NCBI GenBank assembly: GCA_001797845.1
Contig: MGQN01000047.1
Coordinates: 1 to 50,748 of the forward strand
DNA from: Deltaproteobacteria bacterium RBG_16_44_11
GTDB lineage: Bacteria > Desulfobacterota > Syntrophia > Syntrophales > Smithellaceae
Reading direction: 5' to 3'
Length of the DNA stretch: 50,748 bases
Part shown: one piece after another, positions 28,736 to 39,915 of the stretch
Numbering within the stretch: position 1 is the stretch's first letter
Layout of the letters: the number at the start of each line of letters is the position of its first letter
Notes under the pieces: generated by a model
What the model was told of the DNA's origin: nothing
The model's input: only the letters and a program-made list of their open reading frames with translations
Database searches by the model: none
Position numbers and translations under genes: made by a program

Positions 28736-30646
28736 TTATTTAACAATTAAAATCTGTCCGGGTGATATTTTATCATTTTCGGAAAGATTGTTTAGCTCCC
28801 TAAGTCGGGCCAAATCAATATTATTATTGCGGGCGATTCGATATAGATTATCGCCTTTTGTAACAATGTATTTGTTTGTTCCCAAATTATCTACATCCTC
28901 CGCCGATAATACTTTATTCGTTATTTTTGATTTTGAAATTGTCTTTGTGACATTTTTATCTTCAGAATCAGCTATATTTTCATTTGAAGATAACTTTAAT
29001 ATTTGCCCCGCATATATTTCATCCGTTTGTAAATTGTTTAATTCTTTTATTTGCGCCACGGAAACTCCAAAGCTTTGGGCAATTATCTGAAGAGCGTCTC
29101 CCTTTCTAACTTTATATCGCCCTGAAGACGTCATTTGTATGGGTTCATGATTTTTCCCAGTTTTACTTCTCGTGTATCGTTGCTCTTTAGTTGTGGGAAT
29201 GGTCAATCTCCTCCCCGTAACTATTACTCGATTAGGGTTCAGTCTGTTGTATGAAGCTATTGCCGAAACGCTGACACCATACTTTCTCGCAATGGAACCA
29301 AGTGTCTCGCCGCTTCTTACTCTGTGCCTGATAAACGCCGCTTTAAATTTAGGTTTTTCTGTTTCCGGAATTTGATCAAGCACTAATTTGAATTTTTCCA
29401 AAGAATCTTTAGGAATTTTTAAATCATATTCTCCATCCGGGGTTATTTTATGCCTTAATTCTGCATTAAGCATATCCATAACTTCCGGGGATATTTCCAT
29501 TTTAGCGGATATATCCTGAATTTTCATCATCTTGCTCACTTTAACCGTCTGAAATTCCGGCGAAGCCTCTAAAGCTTTGGGTAAGTCAAAACCATATTTC
29601 TGCGGGTTATTTATTATATGTAAAGTAGCAAGAAATCGCGGAACATACCGGGCTGTCTCGCGCGGCAACAAGTTATACAAATCCCAGAACCGGTCAAAAT
29701 AATTAACTCTTTGTGAAGATATAACCCTGAGCACTCTTCCTTCTCCACAATTATATGCGGCCAGAGCTGTAAGCCAATCACCAAACATGTAATGTAATTC
29801 TTTCAGATAATCTATGGCGGCATGAGTGGACTTTAAGGGATCCATACGTTCATCAATCCATTCGTCACGGCTGAGACCGAATTTATAACCGGTTGAGGGA
29901 ATAAATTGCCACAGACCAAGAGCGCGGGAGCGAGACAAAGCAGTATTCTTAAAACCGCTTTCCACCAATGGGAGCCAGAATAGTTCTTCCGGAATGCCGG
30001 CCTTTTTTAATTCTTTCGTAATAATATCTTTATACATGCCTGATCTCTGATAGGAAGCGATAAAAAATTCCTTTTCCGGCCCCTGAAAGCACCGAATTTC
30101 CCGTTCCACATCGGCATTCATCGTTAAAGGAATCGCACTGGCTTTACCGTTTGTAACATTTTGCTGTGCAGAATAAACCGCTAAAATACGTTTGGCAATG
30201 AGCAGGCGTAAATCATCTTTTTGTCTTGGCTCGTCAGCATTTCCATCTGTGGCAAGCAGCAACGTATACGCCTTATCCAATGTATCAATTGTATTTTCCA
30301 CTTCTCCTGCTTCCCAGAAGCTATCAGCGTCTTCCAGTAAGCTCAGAACTTTTTCCATCATATCCTGTTCCTCTTCTGTAAGCTTATCCATTTGCGTTTG
30401 TCCGGCACCAGAGAGTACATTAGATGATGGTTTCGTATCTGATTTATCTTTTTGTTCCTGACCATTAATATCTTCATATGAGGGCTTGTTTGCTTTATTC
30501 GATGCTTGATTTAAATTTGGCGGAATTGTTTTAGCTGGGGTATTTTTTTCAACTGCGACCTGCGACATACATGCAGAAAAAAATAAAATTATACTGCAGA
30601 GAAAAGCGGTAACAATAAAACGACCTATAATTTTTACCATGAACAA
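28736..30646 (-). CDS. mltD: Membrane-bound lytic murein transglycosylase D-like (SLT domain + 3 LysM)
   Basis: LPLVESGF ... ALGLWQFIPSTG SLT motifs, and three C-terminal LysM repeats (HRVRSGETLGSIARKYGVS, YKVRKGDALQIIAQSFGVS, YIVTKGDNLYRIARNNNID). Confidence 0.85.
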   Translation of the reverse strand: MFMVKIIGRFIVTAFLCSIILFFSACMSQVAVEKNTPAKTIPPNLNQASNKANKPSYEDINGQEQKDKSDTKPSSNVLSGAGQTQMDKLTEEEQDMMEKVLSLLEDADSFWEAGEVENTIDTLDKAYTLLLATDGNADEPRQKDDLRLLIAKRILAVYSAQQNVTNGKASAIPLTMNADVEREIRCFQGPEKEFFIASYQRSGMYKDIITKELKKAGIPEELFWLPLVESGFKNTALSRSRALGLWQFIPSTGYKFGLSRDEWIDERMDPLKSTHAAIDYLKELHYMFGDWLTALAAYNCGEGRVLRVISSQRVNYFDRFWDLYNLLPRETARYVPRFLATLHIINNPQKYGFDLPKALEASPEFQTVKVSKMMKIQDISAKMEISPEVMDMLNAELRHKITPDGEYDLKIPKDSLEKFKLVLDQIPETEKPKFKAAFIRHRVRSGETLGSIARKYGVSVSAIASYNRLNPNRVIVTGRRLTIPTTKEQRYTRSKTGKNHEPIQMTSSGRYKVRKGDALQIIAQSFGVSVAQIKELNNLQTDEIYAGQILKLSSNENIADSEDKNVTKTISKSKITNKVLSAEDVDNLGTNKYIVTKGDNLYRIARNNNIDLARLRELNNLSENDKISPGQILIVK

Positions 30647-30795
30647 AAACTCCTTAATAGTTTTTCATAAACCCAGCGGAATATTTAAACTCACATACAT
30701 ACGGCCATATTTACTTTAATTTGTTATATAACATATTTTTATGTTTTTCCCTAAAACTAATTGCCTTTTACGCAAATTTCCTTGTTTAGTTTGAT

Positions 30796-31921
30796 CTATT
30801 CTGAGATAGGATTTAATGGATTGCCTGTCGTGGCCATGAGATAAGCTTGGATAAATTCATCTATATCTCCATCGAGAACCCTATGGGCATCGCCAATTTC
30901 TAAATTCGTCCGGTGATCTTTTACCATTTTATACGGATGCAGGATATAAGATCGAATTTGGCTTCCCCAGGCAATATCTTTCTTAAATTTATTTTCTTCA
31001 TTAATTTTTTCATTTTTTATCTGCAATTCCCTCTCGTAAAGCCTTGATTTAAGATACTTCATGGCCATTGCTTTATTTTTATGCTGGGAACGTTCATTTT
31101 GACATTGCACTACAATGCCCGTGGGCAAGTGCGTAATTCTTACAGCCGAATCTGTTTTGTTTACGTGCTGCCCCCCCTTTCCGCCGGAGCGAAACGTATC
31201 GATGCGCAAATCATCATCGTTAATTTCAATTTTTATTTCATCATCAACTTCCGGATAAACAAAAACAGAAGCGAAAGAAGTATGCCGGCGTGCTCCCGCA
31301 TCAAACGGTGAAATTCTAACGAGACGGTGAATACCTATTTCCGCTTTCGCGTAACCATAGGCGTATTGACCTTCCAAAGTAAACGAAACACTCTTAATGC
31401 CTGCTTCATCTCCCTGCAGACAATCGATAATTTTAGCGGTAAATCCTTTCTTTTCCGCCCAACGTAAATACATCCGCAACAGCATTTCCACCCAATCCTG
31501 CGCTTCCGTTCCTCCCGCCCCGGCATGAATAGAAACAATAGCGTCCATATGGTCCTGCTCGCTGGACAGCATCATTTTTAGTTCTTCCTGAAAAACAGCG
31601 GTTTTTAACACATCAAGTTCGTCGTTTAAATCTTGCAGGACTTGATCGTCTTTCTCTTGCAGAGCAATTTTCCAGAGATGTTCAATATCTTTTATTTCAT
31701 TATTAAATCTTTTCCACTTATCCAAAGACTCCGTAAGTTTAGTCTTTTTTTGCAGGATTTCGCGCGCGCTGTTTTGGTTTTCCCAGAATTCTTTTTTTAA
31801 AGATAATATTTCCAGGTCTTTTATCTTCAGCTCCATCTCCGGAACGTCAAAGACACTCACCGATATATTTAATTCTGGTTTTTAAGTCATTTACTGTTTC
31901 TTGCATGTTTTCTATTGTCAT
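30796..31921 (-). CDS. prfB: Peptide chain release factor 2, requiring a programmed +1 frameshift at CTT TGA C (31852-31846)
   Basis: ATG at 31921 opens a 24-codon frame (MTIENMQETVNDLKTRIKYIGECL) ending at in-frame TGA 31849-31847. The +1 frame continues DVPEMELK... and carries the SPF and GGQ motifs. Confidence 0.93.
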
Positions 31922-33491
31922 TTTTTGACCTCCCCTTCCAGCTGAATAAAAAGCAAATAATAATTAAAACAAAACAAATAGCTACCAATATATCCCCATT
32001 CTTAGCATAAAAACTATATATGTTTAAATATTTTATATTCCCTTTTAGGGCTTGCGCCTCAAAAATATTTGTTTGCGCAATTATTTTCCCGCGTGGATCA
32101 ATTATTCCGGAAATACCAGTGTTAGCTGCTCTCACGAGATATAACCTTGTTTCCACCGCTCGAAACAACGCCATTGTAAAATGCTGAAAAGGTGCAGAAG
32201 TAACGCCAAACCATGCATCATTGGTAATGTTAACTAATAACTGGGCTGATTGGTTTTTATACATTCTGGCGGCATCCGATAAAATTCCTTCATAACAAAT
32301 CAAAATCCCTATTTTTTTATCATTCATCAGCAAAGGATGGAATCCATCTCCCGCGGTAAAATCACCGATTCCCGCCGTCAGTTTCTTTATGAACGGAAAA
32401 ACATTTCTCAGAGGAACATATTCCCCGTAAGGGACAAGATGAACTTTATTATATTTTCCCTGAACCTTGCCGTCCGGAGACAATAAATAGGCACTATTAA
32501 AAAAATCTGTGTTTCCTCTATATGGTGAATAACTCACTGCGCCGAAAATAAACCAGCTTTTTTTACGAATTGGTAAATTTTTTACTTTTACCTGAAAATC
32601 GCTTTCATCATCAAAATTAAACGGAAGAGCCGTTTCCGGCCAAATTAGTAATCCACCACTTTCAGGAGCGTTTTGCATAGAAAGCTGTTCGTAGATGCTT
32701 AATGTTTTTCTTTGAAACTTTTCATTCCATTTCACCGCCTGATCGATGTTGCCTTGAATTAGCGTAACTTCCATGCCTTGCGCTTTATTAATTTCTTTAT
32801 CAATTTGGCTTACTCTTATAATTCCGTAAAGAAAAACAGCGCCTAAAACAAAAAACACTGCGGCAGCCGTGATAAAAGCTTTCTTTGATTTATTAATGAT
32901 GACTTCAAATATAGCCATATTAACCATAATAATCAAAAAGGACAATCCAAAGACACCGAAAATATCCGCAAATTGAATGAGATGAAAATTATGATACTGG
33001 GAATAACCGAGATTTTCCCATGGAAATCCTGTTAAAAAAGTTGATTTGCAATATTCCAGGCATATCCATAGAGACGGCGCTATCAAACAAAGAGCCCTCC
33101 TCTGTCGGAAAAAAAATATACCCGCTGCGAATATCGCGGTGTAAATGCTTAAATAACAAGTCAACATCAGCATTATTACAACACCAAGATATAAGGGCAG
33201 ATAGCCGTAATTAACCACGACGTATGTAATCCAATAAATAATCCCCATATAGCCTACAACCCCAGTGATAAAACCAAGAAGTAATGCGCGCTTGATTGAA
33301 GCTACCTTTATCAGGGCGAAAAAAAGAGGGATCAGCGCAACCCATGCCATAAAGCCAAAGCCATATTTAGGAAAAGATAAAAATAACAATAGACCGCTGA
33401 CAATTGCCAAAATAATTTCGTTTTTTCTTAAATCTTTATAAGAATTCAAAAGAAATAATTTCATGGAAATATTTTTATTTTTCATTTTCAT
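31887..33491 (-). CDS. lnt: Apolipoprotein N-acyltransferase
   Basis: N-terminal polytopic domain plus a C-terminal nitrilase-like domain (VTLIQGN ..., ICYE catalytic Cys context). Confidence 0.9.
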   Translation of the reverse strand: MKMKNKNISMKLFLLNSYKDLRKNEIILAIVSGLLLFLSFPKYGFGFMAWVALIPLFFALIKVASIKRALLLGFITGVVGYMGIIYWITYVVVNYGYLPLYLGVVIMLMLTCYLSIYTAIFAAGIFFFRQRRALCLIAPSLWICLEYCKSTFLTGFPWENLGYSQYHNFHLIQFADIFGVFGLSFLIIMVNMAIFEVIINKSKKAFITAAAVFFVLGAVFLYGIIRVSQIDKEINKAQGMEVTLIQGNIDQAVKWNEKFQRKTLSIYEQLSMQNAPESGGLLIWPETALPFNFDDESDFQVKVKNLPIRKKSWFIFGAVSYSPYRGNTDFFNSAYLLSPDGKVQGKYNKVHLVPYGEYVPLRNVFPFIKKLTAGIGDFTAGDGFHPLLMNDKKIGILICYEGILSDAARMYKNQSAQLLVNITNDAWFGVTSAPFQHFTMALFRAVETRLYLVRAANTGISGIIDPRGKIIAQTNIFEAQALKGNIKYLNIYSFYAKNGDILVAICFVLIIICFLFSWKGRSKNDNRKHARNSK

Positions 33492-34299
33492 TATTGGTCT
33501 GAAGCTTTTTGATTTTCACTTTTTTGATACTGCGCTCATCGGCATTTTCAATCGATATTTCCAATCCCTGTATTTGATATTTTTCTCCAATTAAGGGAAT
33601 TCTTTTGGTCGTATTCAGAATCATGCCGCTGAGAGTTTCATATCTTCCTTTTTCCAGATTAATATTTAAATATTCTTCAAGTTTTTCGATTTCTATTCGT
33701 CCATCGACGATCAGCGATCCATCCATTGAAGGAAATATTCCTTCTGTGGCGGCATCGGTTTCATGTTCGTCACGAATTTCACCTACTATTTCTTCAAGGA
33801 GATCTTCCAGCGTTACCAAACCGGAGGTTCCACCGTATTCATCAATCACAATCGCGATATGTTTTTTATTTTCTTTGAATTCGTAGAACAATAAATGGGT
33901 GTTTTTTGTTTCAGGAATATAATAGGGCTTAGTCAGTTGAGCTAATATGTCTTCTTTCGCGATTTGTTTTGACCAGAATTTAAGCAAATCTTTAACATTT
34001 AATATGCCGATAATGTTATCAATTGTTCCTTGGTAGACGGGTATGCGCGTATGGCGGGATTCGATCACTTCGTTAATGATTTCATCTGTCGTCGCCTCTG
34101 TGCTTACAGCGACTATTTCCGTCCGCGGAATCATTATCTCGCGGACTAAAATATGGGCAAAGTCTAAAATATTCTCGATCATTTCCCTTGAGGAATAATC
34201 CACAAAACCATTTTTTTGAGCTTTGGATAATGTCGCCTCTATTTTCTTTTTTAGATATTTATGATCGCGCCAAAAAAAAAGTCGGGAAATAATTTTCAT
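33475..34299 (-). CDS. corC: CBS-pair + CorC_HlyC domain protein (CorC/YbeX family)
   Basis: Tandem CBS region followed by a transporter-associated C-terminal domain, in the classical position upstream of lnt. Confidence 0.82.
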   Translation of the reverse strand: MKIISRLFFWRDHKYLKKKIEATLSKAQKNGFVDYSSREMIENILDFAHILVREIMIPRTEIVAVSTEATTDEIINEVIESRHTRIPVYQGTIDNIIGILNVKDLLKFWSKQIAKEDILAQLTKPYYIPETKNTHLLFYEFKENKKHIAIVIDEYGGTSGLVTLEDLLEEIVGEIRDEHETDAATEGIFPSMDGSLIVDGRIEIEKLEEYLNINLEKGRYETLSGMILNTTKRIPLIGEKYQIQGLEISIENADERSIKKVKIKKLQTNNENEK

Positions 34300-34325
34300 G
34301 ATATATAAAAGAATTCCTCCCTGAA

Positions 34326-35198
34326 TTATAAGCCCCTCAAATACTCCGGCCTTATTCTGCTTGTATCTTTTGCCTCGAGTACTGAATTAATCAGCTGTAA
34401 TATTTTATCTTTTTGCCTGGGCAAATAAGCTTTTATCGGTAAATAATTGGAAGCATGATTAGAGGTAAAATAGCAATTTGTGAAATTTGAATTGGCTAGA
34501 ATCAAATATAGTTCTTTAATATAACCAAATTTATCCGGCAAGACAAAGCGTCCCGCCATGTAATCTTCGTATAACGGAGTATGCGGCACAAGCATCAAAG
34601 TGAGTGCGCCGACATAATCAGGATCAATATCTGTCAGAATTCTTGCCGTATCTAGGGAGTGTTCAACACTCTTTTCTATACCGCCAAGTCCCAGTAATAT
34701 GGTTACAGAGAGAGTTATTCCTGCTTCTTTTACACGGCGCGCCGCCGCCACCATTTGCTCATAAGTTACGCCCTTATTTATTTTCTGCAGCAATTTAATA
34801 TTCCCCGTTTCTACACCCAGATAAATTATTTTCAAACCCATTTCTTTCAGTTTTTTCAAATCATCGACAGATTTTCTTAAAATGCTTTTGGCGTTAGCGT
34901 ATGTTCCTATGCGTTCAATATCCGACAGATTTACATTAATCAGTCCAAGTATCTCTTCCAGTCTCTCCTGCGGTATAATTAGGGCATCTCCATCGCACAA
35001 AAATATTTTTTGCACGTTTTCGAAAGCGCGAGCTTCTTGCAAATCCTTCTTAATTTGTTCCAGTGATTTTATCTTGAATTTTTTCTGGCGGTAAGTCCCG
35101 CAAAATGTACATTTATTATGTGAACAGCCTATAGTGATTTGTAATAACATGCTATAAGCTTCACTGGGCGGTCTGATTATAAAGCCTTCATAATCCAT
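34326..35198 (-). CDS. Radical SAM protein of unknown function
   Basis: IRPPSEAYSMLLQITIGCSHNKCTFCG cluster region near the N-terminus and a TIM-barrel-sized body. Confidence 0.75.
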   Translation of the reverse strand: MDYEGFIIRPPSEAYSMLLQITIGCSHNKCTFCGTYRQKKFKIKSLEQIKKDLQEARAFENVQKIFLCDGDALIIPQERLEEILGLINVNLSDIERIGTYANAKSILRKSVDDLKKLKEMGLKIIYLGVETGNIKLLQKINKGVTYEQMVAAARRVKEAGITLSVTILLGLGGIEKSVEHSLDTARILTDIDPDYVGALTLMLVPHTPLYEDYMAGRFVLPDKFGYIKELYLILANSNFTNCYFTSNHASNYLPIKAYLPRQKDKILQLINSVLEAKDTSRIRPEYLRGL

Positions 35199-35341
35199 AA
35201 TTTTCTCTTTGTCTTTATATAATCCACGATTTTGAGAAGATTAATCATATTTTTAAAAACTTTATATGAACAACATTTAAAAAGCAAGTCAGGGAACGAA
35301 AAAAAGGGAGTCACCATAAAAGCTGACTCCCTGAGATTTTC

Positions 35342-35418
35342 TGGCGGGGCCGATGGGACTTGAACCCACGCCCTCCGGCGTGACAGGCCGGCGTTATAAC
35401 CAACTTAACTACGACCCC
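35342..35418 (-). tRNA. tRNA-Asp (anticodon GTC), CCA encoded
   Basis: Minus strand GGGGTCGTAGTTAAGTTGGTTATAACGCCGGCCTGTCACGCCGGAGGGCGTGGGTTCAAGTCCCATCGGCCCCGCCA folds as a cloverleaf. Confidence 0.93.
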
Positions 35419-35463
35419 AAAAAATCTTTTTATCCCAAATGCCGTTTCCCAAATCAACATCAA

Positions 35464-35539
35464 TGGTAGGCGGAACAGGACTCGAACCTGTGACATCCAC
35501 GGTGTAAGCGTGGCGCTCTCCCAGCTGAGCTACCCGCCC
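35464..35539 (-). tRNA. tRNA-Val (anticodon TAC), CCA encoded
   Basis: Minus strand GGGCGGGTAGCTCAGCTGGGAGAGCGCCACGCTTACACCGTGGATGTCACAGGTTCGAGTCCTGTTCCGCCTACCA. The acceptor stem has G-U pairs at positions 1-72 and 7-66. Confidence 0.9.
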
Positions 35540-35615
35540 GTAATTGTCCAAAAACGATGTGAGGCTTCTAACAACATTGACTTTTATTGTCAAGTTATAA
35601 AAAAATGAAATCCTT

Positions 35616-38021
35616 CTAATTTACCGACTGAGGTGCTACCGGTACGTTCGGCGTGACTGTTGCGCTGAAATCTTCATCATCTTTCAAAAAAGCGATATCC
35701 AACACTTCATCAATATGCTCGACAAAAACAATCTTCAGGGCGCTTTGCACATTTTGTGGAACTTCCGCCAAATCTTTTTCATTATCTTTCGGAATAATAA
35801 CCATTTTAATATTACCGCGATGCGCAGCAAGAATCTTTTCCTTTAATCCGCCTATCGGCAAAACTCTACCTCTTAATGTAATCTCACCGGTCATGGCCAA
35901 ATCTGCACGAACTTTTTTCTTCATCAAAGCTGAAGCAATTGAAGTCGCCATAGCAATTCCGGCCGATGGGCCATCTTTAGGAATAGCTCCTTCCGGCACA
36001 TGGACATGAACATCAATTTTCTTATAAAAATTCTTCAACAGACCGAATCGTTCCGCACGAGCGCGAATATAAGTCAAAGCGGCCTGAACAGATTCCTGCA
36101 TGACATCACCCAATTTTCCCGTCATAACCATTTTTCCTGTACCTTCCATAATGGATGCTTCAATCGCCAGGAGTTCTCCGCCAACTTCTGTCCAAGCAAG
36201 ACCAATGGTTAATCCTATTTGATCTTTCCCTTCTGTTTCTCCGTGACGATATTTGGGCACACCCAAATATTTGGAGATAGATTTTGAACTAATAACCAAC
36301 TTATTCTTACTGCCATTACTAACAATATCCTTGGCTATCTTGCGGCAAATTGAAGCAATTTCACGCTCCAGATTACGAACACCGGCTTCCCGCGTGAATT
36401 GGCGTATTATTCTCAATAACGCGCCTTTGGTAAATTCAATGTTTTGAGTCTTCAGACCATTTGCTTCCATTTCTTTGGCCAGTAGGAATTTTTTCGCTAT
36501 TTGCAGCTTTTCCTGTTCAGTGTATCCTGCAATTCTAATGACCTCCATCCGATCTTGCAGCGGCGCGGGTATTGTCTGTAAAACATTGGCTGTTGTAATA
36601 AACATAATATCCGACAGATCATAATCGACATCCAAATAATTATCGTTGAAGGCGAAATTCTGCTCGGGATCAAGAACTTCCAGCAACGCGGAGGATGGAT
36701 CACCTCTGAAATCGGAACTAAGTTTATCTACTTCGTCCAAACAAAAAACAGGATTGTTGGAGGCGGCCTTTTTTAACGACTGTATAATTTTCCCCGGCAT
36801 TGCTCCGATATAAGTTCGGCGATGACCTCGGCTCTCTGCTTCATCGCGAACACCTCCCAAGGAAATACGGACAAACTTTCTATTTGTGGCCCGGGCAACT
36901 GATTTGGCAATGGATGTTTTCCCCACACCCGGAGGACCAACCAAGCATAAAATCGGTCCTTTATTTTTCGAAACCAGGGCTTGCACGGCAAGATATTCGA
37001 TAATGCGTTCCTTAACCTTTTTCAACCCATAATGATCTTCTTCCAGAATCGTTTCTGATTCTTTCAGCGTGTATTTATTTTCTGTTTTTTCCGACCAGGG
37101 CATATCCAACAACCAGTCAACATAATTTCTGACAACGGTAGCTTCGGCCGACATGGGAGCCATCATTTGTAATTTCTTGATTTCCTGCCGGATTTTTTTT
37201 GTTGCTTCTTCGGACATCTTCTTCTGCTTTAAGCGTTTTTCCAAATCGGCTATTTCGTTGCGGAAATCATCTTTTTCCCCCATTTCTTTCTGGATTGCCC
37301 GCATTTGTTCATTGAGATAATAATCCTTTTGCGTTTTTTCCATCTGCTTTTTAACGCGCCGTTTGATTTTTTCTTCAACCTGAAGGATTTCGATTTCGGA
37401 GAGCATCAGCGAATAAATCGCCTCCAGACGTTCTCCGATATTGAAAATCTCAATAATTTTTTGTTTATCTTCCAGCTTCACGTTAATATGGGTAATAACT
37501 ACATCGGCGAGTTTTGAAGCATCTTCAATAGCCGCAATTGTTCCCATCATTTCCACGTGAATTTTTTTGCTAAGCTTCAGGTAAAGCTCAAAAGATTCTT
37601 TAATACTTCTTATAAGCGCTTGCTTTTTAACATCATTTTGATCATCAATATCTTCTATCTCATTTACTTTAACCAAGAAAAAATCACTATTTGGTAAATA
37701 TTCTTTGATGGCGCCTCGCTTTTTCCCTTCCACCAGCACCTTTACGGTTCCATCAGGCAACCGCAAAAGCTGAATGATGATGCCAAGTGTACCGATATTA
37801 TAAATATCTTCCTGACTGGGATCATCTTTCTTGGCATTTTTCTGGGCGACCATAAAAACGTCCTTTTCGTATTTCATCGCTGATTCCAGTGCCGCGATTG
37901 ATTTTTCGCGCCCGACGAACAGAGGAACAATCATGTGCGGAAAAACCACAACGTCTCTCAGCGGTAAAAGAGGAACCACTATAGTTTTTTCTTGATCATT
38001 AATATTATTTTCATCAAACAT
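35616..38021 (-). CDS. lon: ATP-dependent Lon protease
   Basis: GPPGVGKTS Walker A, the PKDGPSAG catalytic Ser motif, and an N-terminal LON domain. Confidence 0.97.
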   Translation of the reverse strand: MFDENNINDQEKTIVVPLLPLRDVVVFPHMIVPLFVGREKSIAALESAMKYEKDVFMVAQKNAKKDDPSQEDIYNIGTLGIIIQLLRLPDGTVKVLVEGKKRGAIKEYLPNSDFFLVKVNEIEDIDDQNDVKKQALIRSIKESFELYLKLSKKIHVEMMGTIAAIEDASKLADVVITHINVKLEDKQKIIEIFNIGERLEAIYSLMLSEIEILQVEEKIKRRVKKQMEKTQKDYYLNEQMRAIQKEMGEKDDFRNEIADLEKRLKQKKMSEEATKKIRQEIKKLQMMAPMSAEATVVRNYVDWLLDMPWSEKTENKYTLKESETILEEDHYGLKKVKERIIEYLAVQALVSKNKGPILCLVGPPGVGKTSIAKSVARATNRKFVRISLGGVRDEAESRGHRRTYIGAMPGKIIQSLKKAASNNPVFCLDEVDKLSSDFRGDPSSALLEVLDPEQNFAFNDNYLDVDYDLSDIMFITTANVLQTIPAPLQDRMEVIRIAGYTEQEKLQIAKKFLLAKEMEANGLKTQNIEFTKGALLRIIRQFTREAGVRNLEREIASICRKIAKDIVSNGSKNKLVISSKSISKYLGVPKYRHGETEGKDQIGLTIGLAWTEVGGELLAIEASIMEGTGKMVMTGKLGDVMQESVQAALTYIRARAERFGLLKNFYKKIDVHVHVPEGAIPKDGPSAGIAMATSIASALMKKKVRADLAMTGEITLRGRVLPIGGLKEKILAAHRGNIKMVIIPKDNEKDLAEVPQNVQSALKIVFVEHIDEVLDIAFLKDDEDFSATVTPNVPVAPQSVN

Positions 38022-38036
38022 ATTTTTCCCCGTTTT

Positions 38037-39299
38037 CTAGGCAGATTCTGATTTCGTTTCGTAAATTAAAATCGGCCTTTCCTTTTTAAGAACAACATCC
38101 TCACTAATTACGCACTCCTTAATATCGCTTTGCGAAGGAATATCATACATCACTTCCAGCATTGTGTTTTCCAGTATGGAGCGCAGGCCGCGCGCTCCCG
38201 ATTTTCGCTCCATAGATGACTTGGCTACGGCACGCAGAGCGCCGTCTGTAAATTTTAAAGTTACATTTTCCAATGCGAATAACTTTTTATATTGTTTAAT
38301 GATGGCGTCTTTTGGTTCCACTAGGATTCGAATTAAAGTCGCCTCATCTAAATCATCTAAAGTGGCAATAACCGGCATACGCCCGATGAATTCGGGTATG
38401 AGTCCGAATTTCAATAAATCTTCCGACCTTGTTTCCGCAAGTAATTCGCCGGATCTTTTTTCTTTTTTGCTTTTTATTTCTGCACCGAAGCCCATGGCGT
38501 TAACTCCCAGCCTTTTGGATATGATGCTTTCTAAATCGTTAAACGCGCCGCCGCAGATAAATAAAATATTTGTTGTATCCACCTGAATAAATTCCTGCTG
38601 GGGATGTTTTCGGCCGCCTTTTGGCGGAATATTAGCCATTGTTCCTTCCATTATTTTTAACAGTGCCTGTTGAACACCTTCACCGGATACGTCTCTGGTT
38701 ATGGAGGGGTTCCCCGATTTTTTGGCAATTTTATCTATTTCGTCAATATAAACAATGCCTTTCGAGGCTCTGGCGACATCATAATCGGCATTTTGAAGTA
38801 AACTTAAAATAATATTTTCCACATCTTCGCCTACATAACCGGCCTCTGTTAAAGTTGTGGCATCGGCAATAGTAAAAGGAACATTGAGAAATTTCGCCAA
38901 AGTTTTCGCCAGTAATGTCTTTCCTGAACCTGTAGGACCTATTAGAAGCACATTACTTTTTTGAATCTCGATTCCATCGGAATCAATACCGGAAAATAAT
39001 CTTTTGTAATGATTATAAACGGCAACCGATAATATTTTCTTTGTTTTTTCCTGGCCGATAACGTATTGGTCTAGATATTTCTTAATTTCCTTAGGTTGCA
39101 GCAAACTATTTTTGGAATCTTTTTCTACAGACTTGTCTTCTTCTTCATCTATAATATAACGGCAAAGCTCAATGCATTCATCACAGATGTAAGCTGTAGG
39201 CCCGGCAACCAGTTTTCTTACTTCGCTTTGCATTTTTCCGCAAAAAGAACAATAAAGCATCCCCTGCCCCATCCGATTATCTTTACTTTTCTTTATCAC
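38037..39299 (-). CDS. clpX: ATP-dependent Clp protease ATP-binding subunit ClpX
   Basis: CSFCGK...CDEC zinc-binding domain and GPTGSGKT Walker A. The GTG start at 39299 is preceded by AAGGAG and overlaps clpP by 17 nt. Confidence 0.96.
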   Translation of the reverse strand: MIKKSKDNRMGQGMLYCSFCGKMQSEVRKLVAGPTAYICDECIELCRYIIDEEEDKSVEKDSKNSLLQPKEIKKYLDQYVIGQEKTKKILSVAVYNHYKRLFSGIDSDGIEIQKSNVLLIGPTGSGKTLLAKTLAKFLNVPFTIADATTLTEAGYVGEDVENIILSLLQNADYDVARASKGIVYIDEIDKIAKKSGNPSITRDVSGEGVQQALLKIMEGTMANIPPKGGRKHPQQEFIQVDTTNILFICGGAFNDLESIISKRLGVNAMGFGAEIKSKKEKRSGELLAETRSEDLLKFGLIPEFIGRMPVIATLDDLDEATLIRILVEPKDAIIKQYKKLFALENVTLKFTDGALRAVAKSSMERKSGARGLRSILENTMLEVMYDIPSQSDIKECVISEDVVLKKERPILIYETKSESA

Positions 39300-39915
39300 T
39301 TAATTCTCCTTTTTTTATATTCGCCGCGGATGCCGGCTTGCGAAATATAATTTCATCAATTAAACCATATTCTTTGGCTTGTTCACTATTCATGAAATAA
39401 TCACGTTCGGTATCGTTGATTACTTTGGAAAGCGGTTTTCCCGTCAACTGAGCCAATATTCGATTCAATTCGTCTTTTAATCTTAATATTTCTTTTGCCT
39501 GAATATCAATATCCGTTGCTTGCCCTTGAAAACCTCCCAGAGGTTGATGTATTAAAATTCTTGCGTGCGGCAAGGCGAATCTCTTCCCTTTTTGACCTGC
39601 CCCTAAGAGCAGCGCGGCCATACTGGCTGCCTGCCCCATACAAACTGTCGAAACAGGAGATTTAATATACTGCATCGTATCGTATATAGCCATACCTGAA
39701 CTCACATGACCACCGGGAGAATTTAAGTAAAAAAATATTTCTTTATCAGGATCTTCCGATTCTAAATACAGCATTTGAGCGACAACCAAGTTGGCAACAT
39801 TATCATCGATAGCTGTACCGAGGAAAATTATACGATCCTTTAATAGACGTGAGTAGATATCAAATGCACGTTCACCGCGTCCATCTTGTTCAACCACCAT
39901 AGGAATCAAATTCAC
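39283..39915 (-). CDS. clpP: ATP-dependent Clp protease proteolytic subunit ClpP
   Basis: [15 protein letters not shown]-terminus and the GQAASMAA active-site Ser region. The GTG start overlaps the tig stop by 1 nt. Confidence 0.96.
   Translation of the reverse strand: MNLIPMVVEQDGRGERAFDIYSRLLKDRIIFLGTAIDDNVANLVVAQMLYLESEDPDKEIFFYLNSPGGHVSSGMAIYDTMQYIKSPVSTVCMGQAASMAALLLGAGQKGKRFALPHARILIHQPLGGFQGQATDIDIQAKEILRLKDELNRILAQLTGKPLSKVINDTERDYFMNSEQAKEYGLIDEIIFRKPASAANIKKGELSDKEK

Noticed and set aside
35311-35593. ORFs of 61-62 aa here, and of 63-82 aa at 45842..46095
   Set aside because: They are translations across tRNA-Asp/Val and tRNA-Pro genes.
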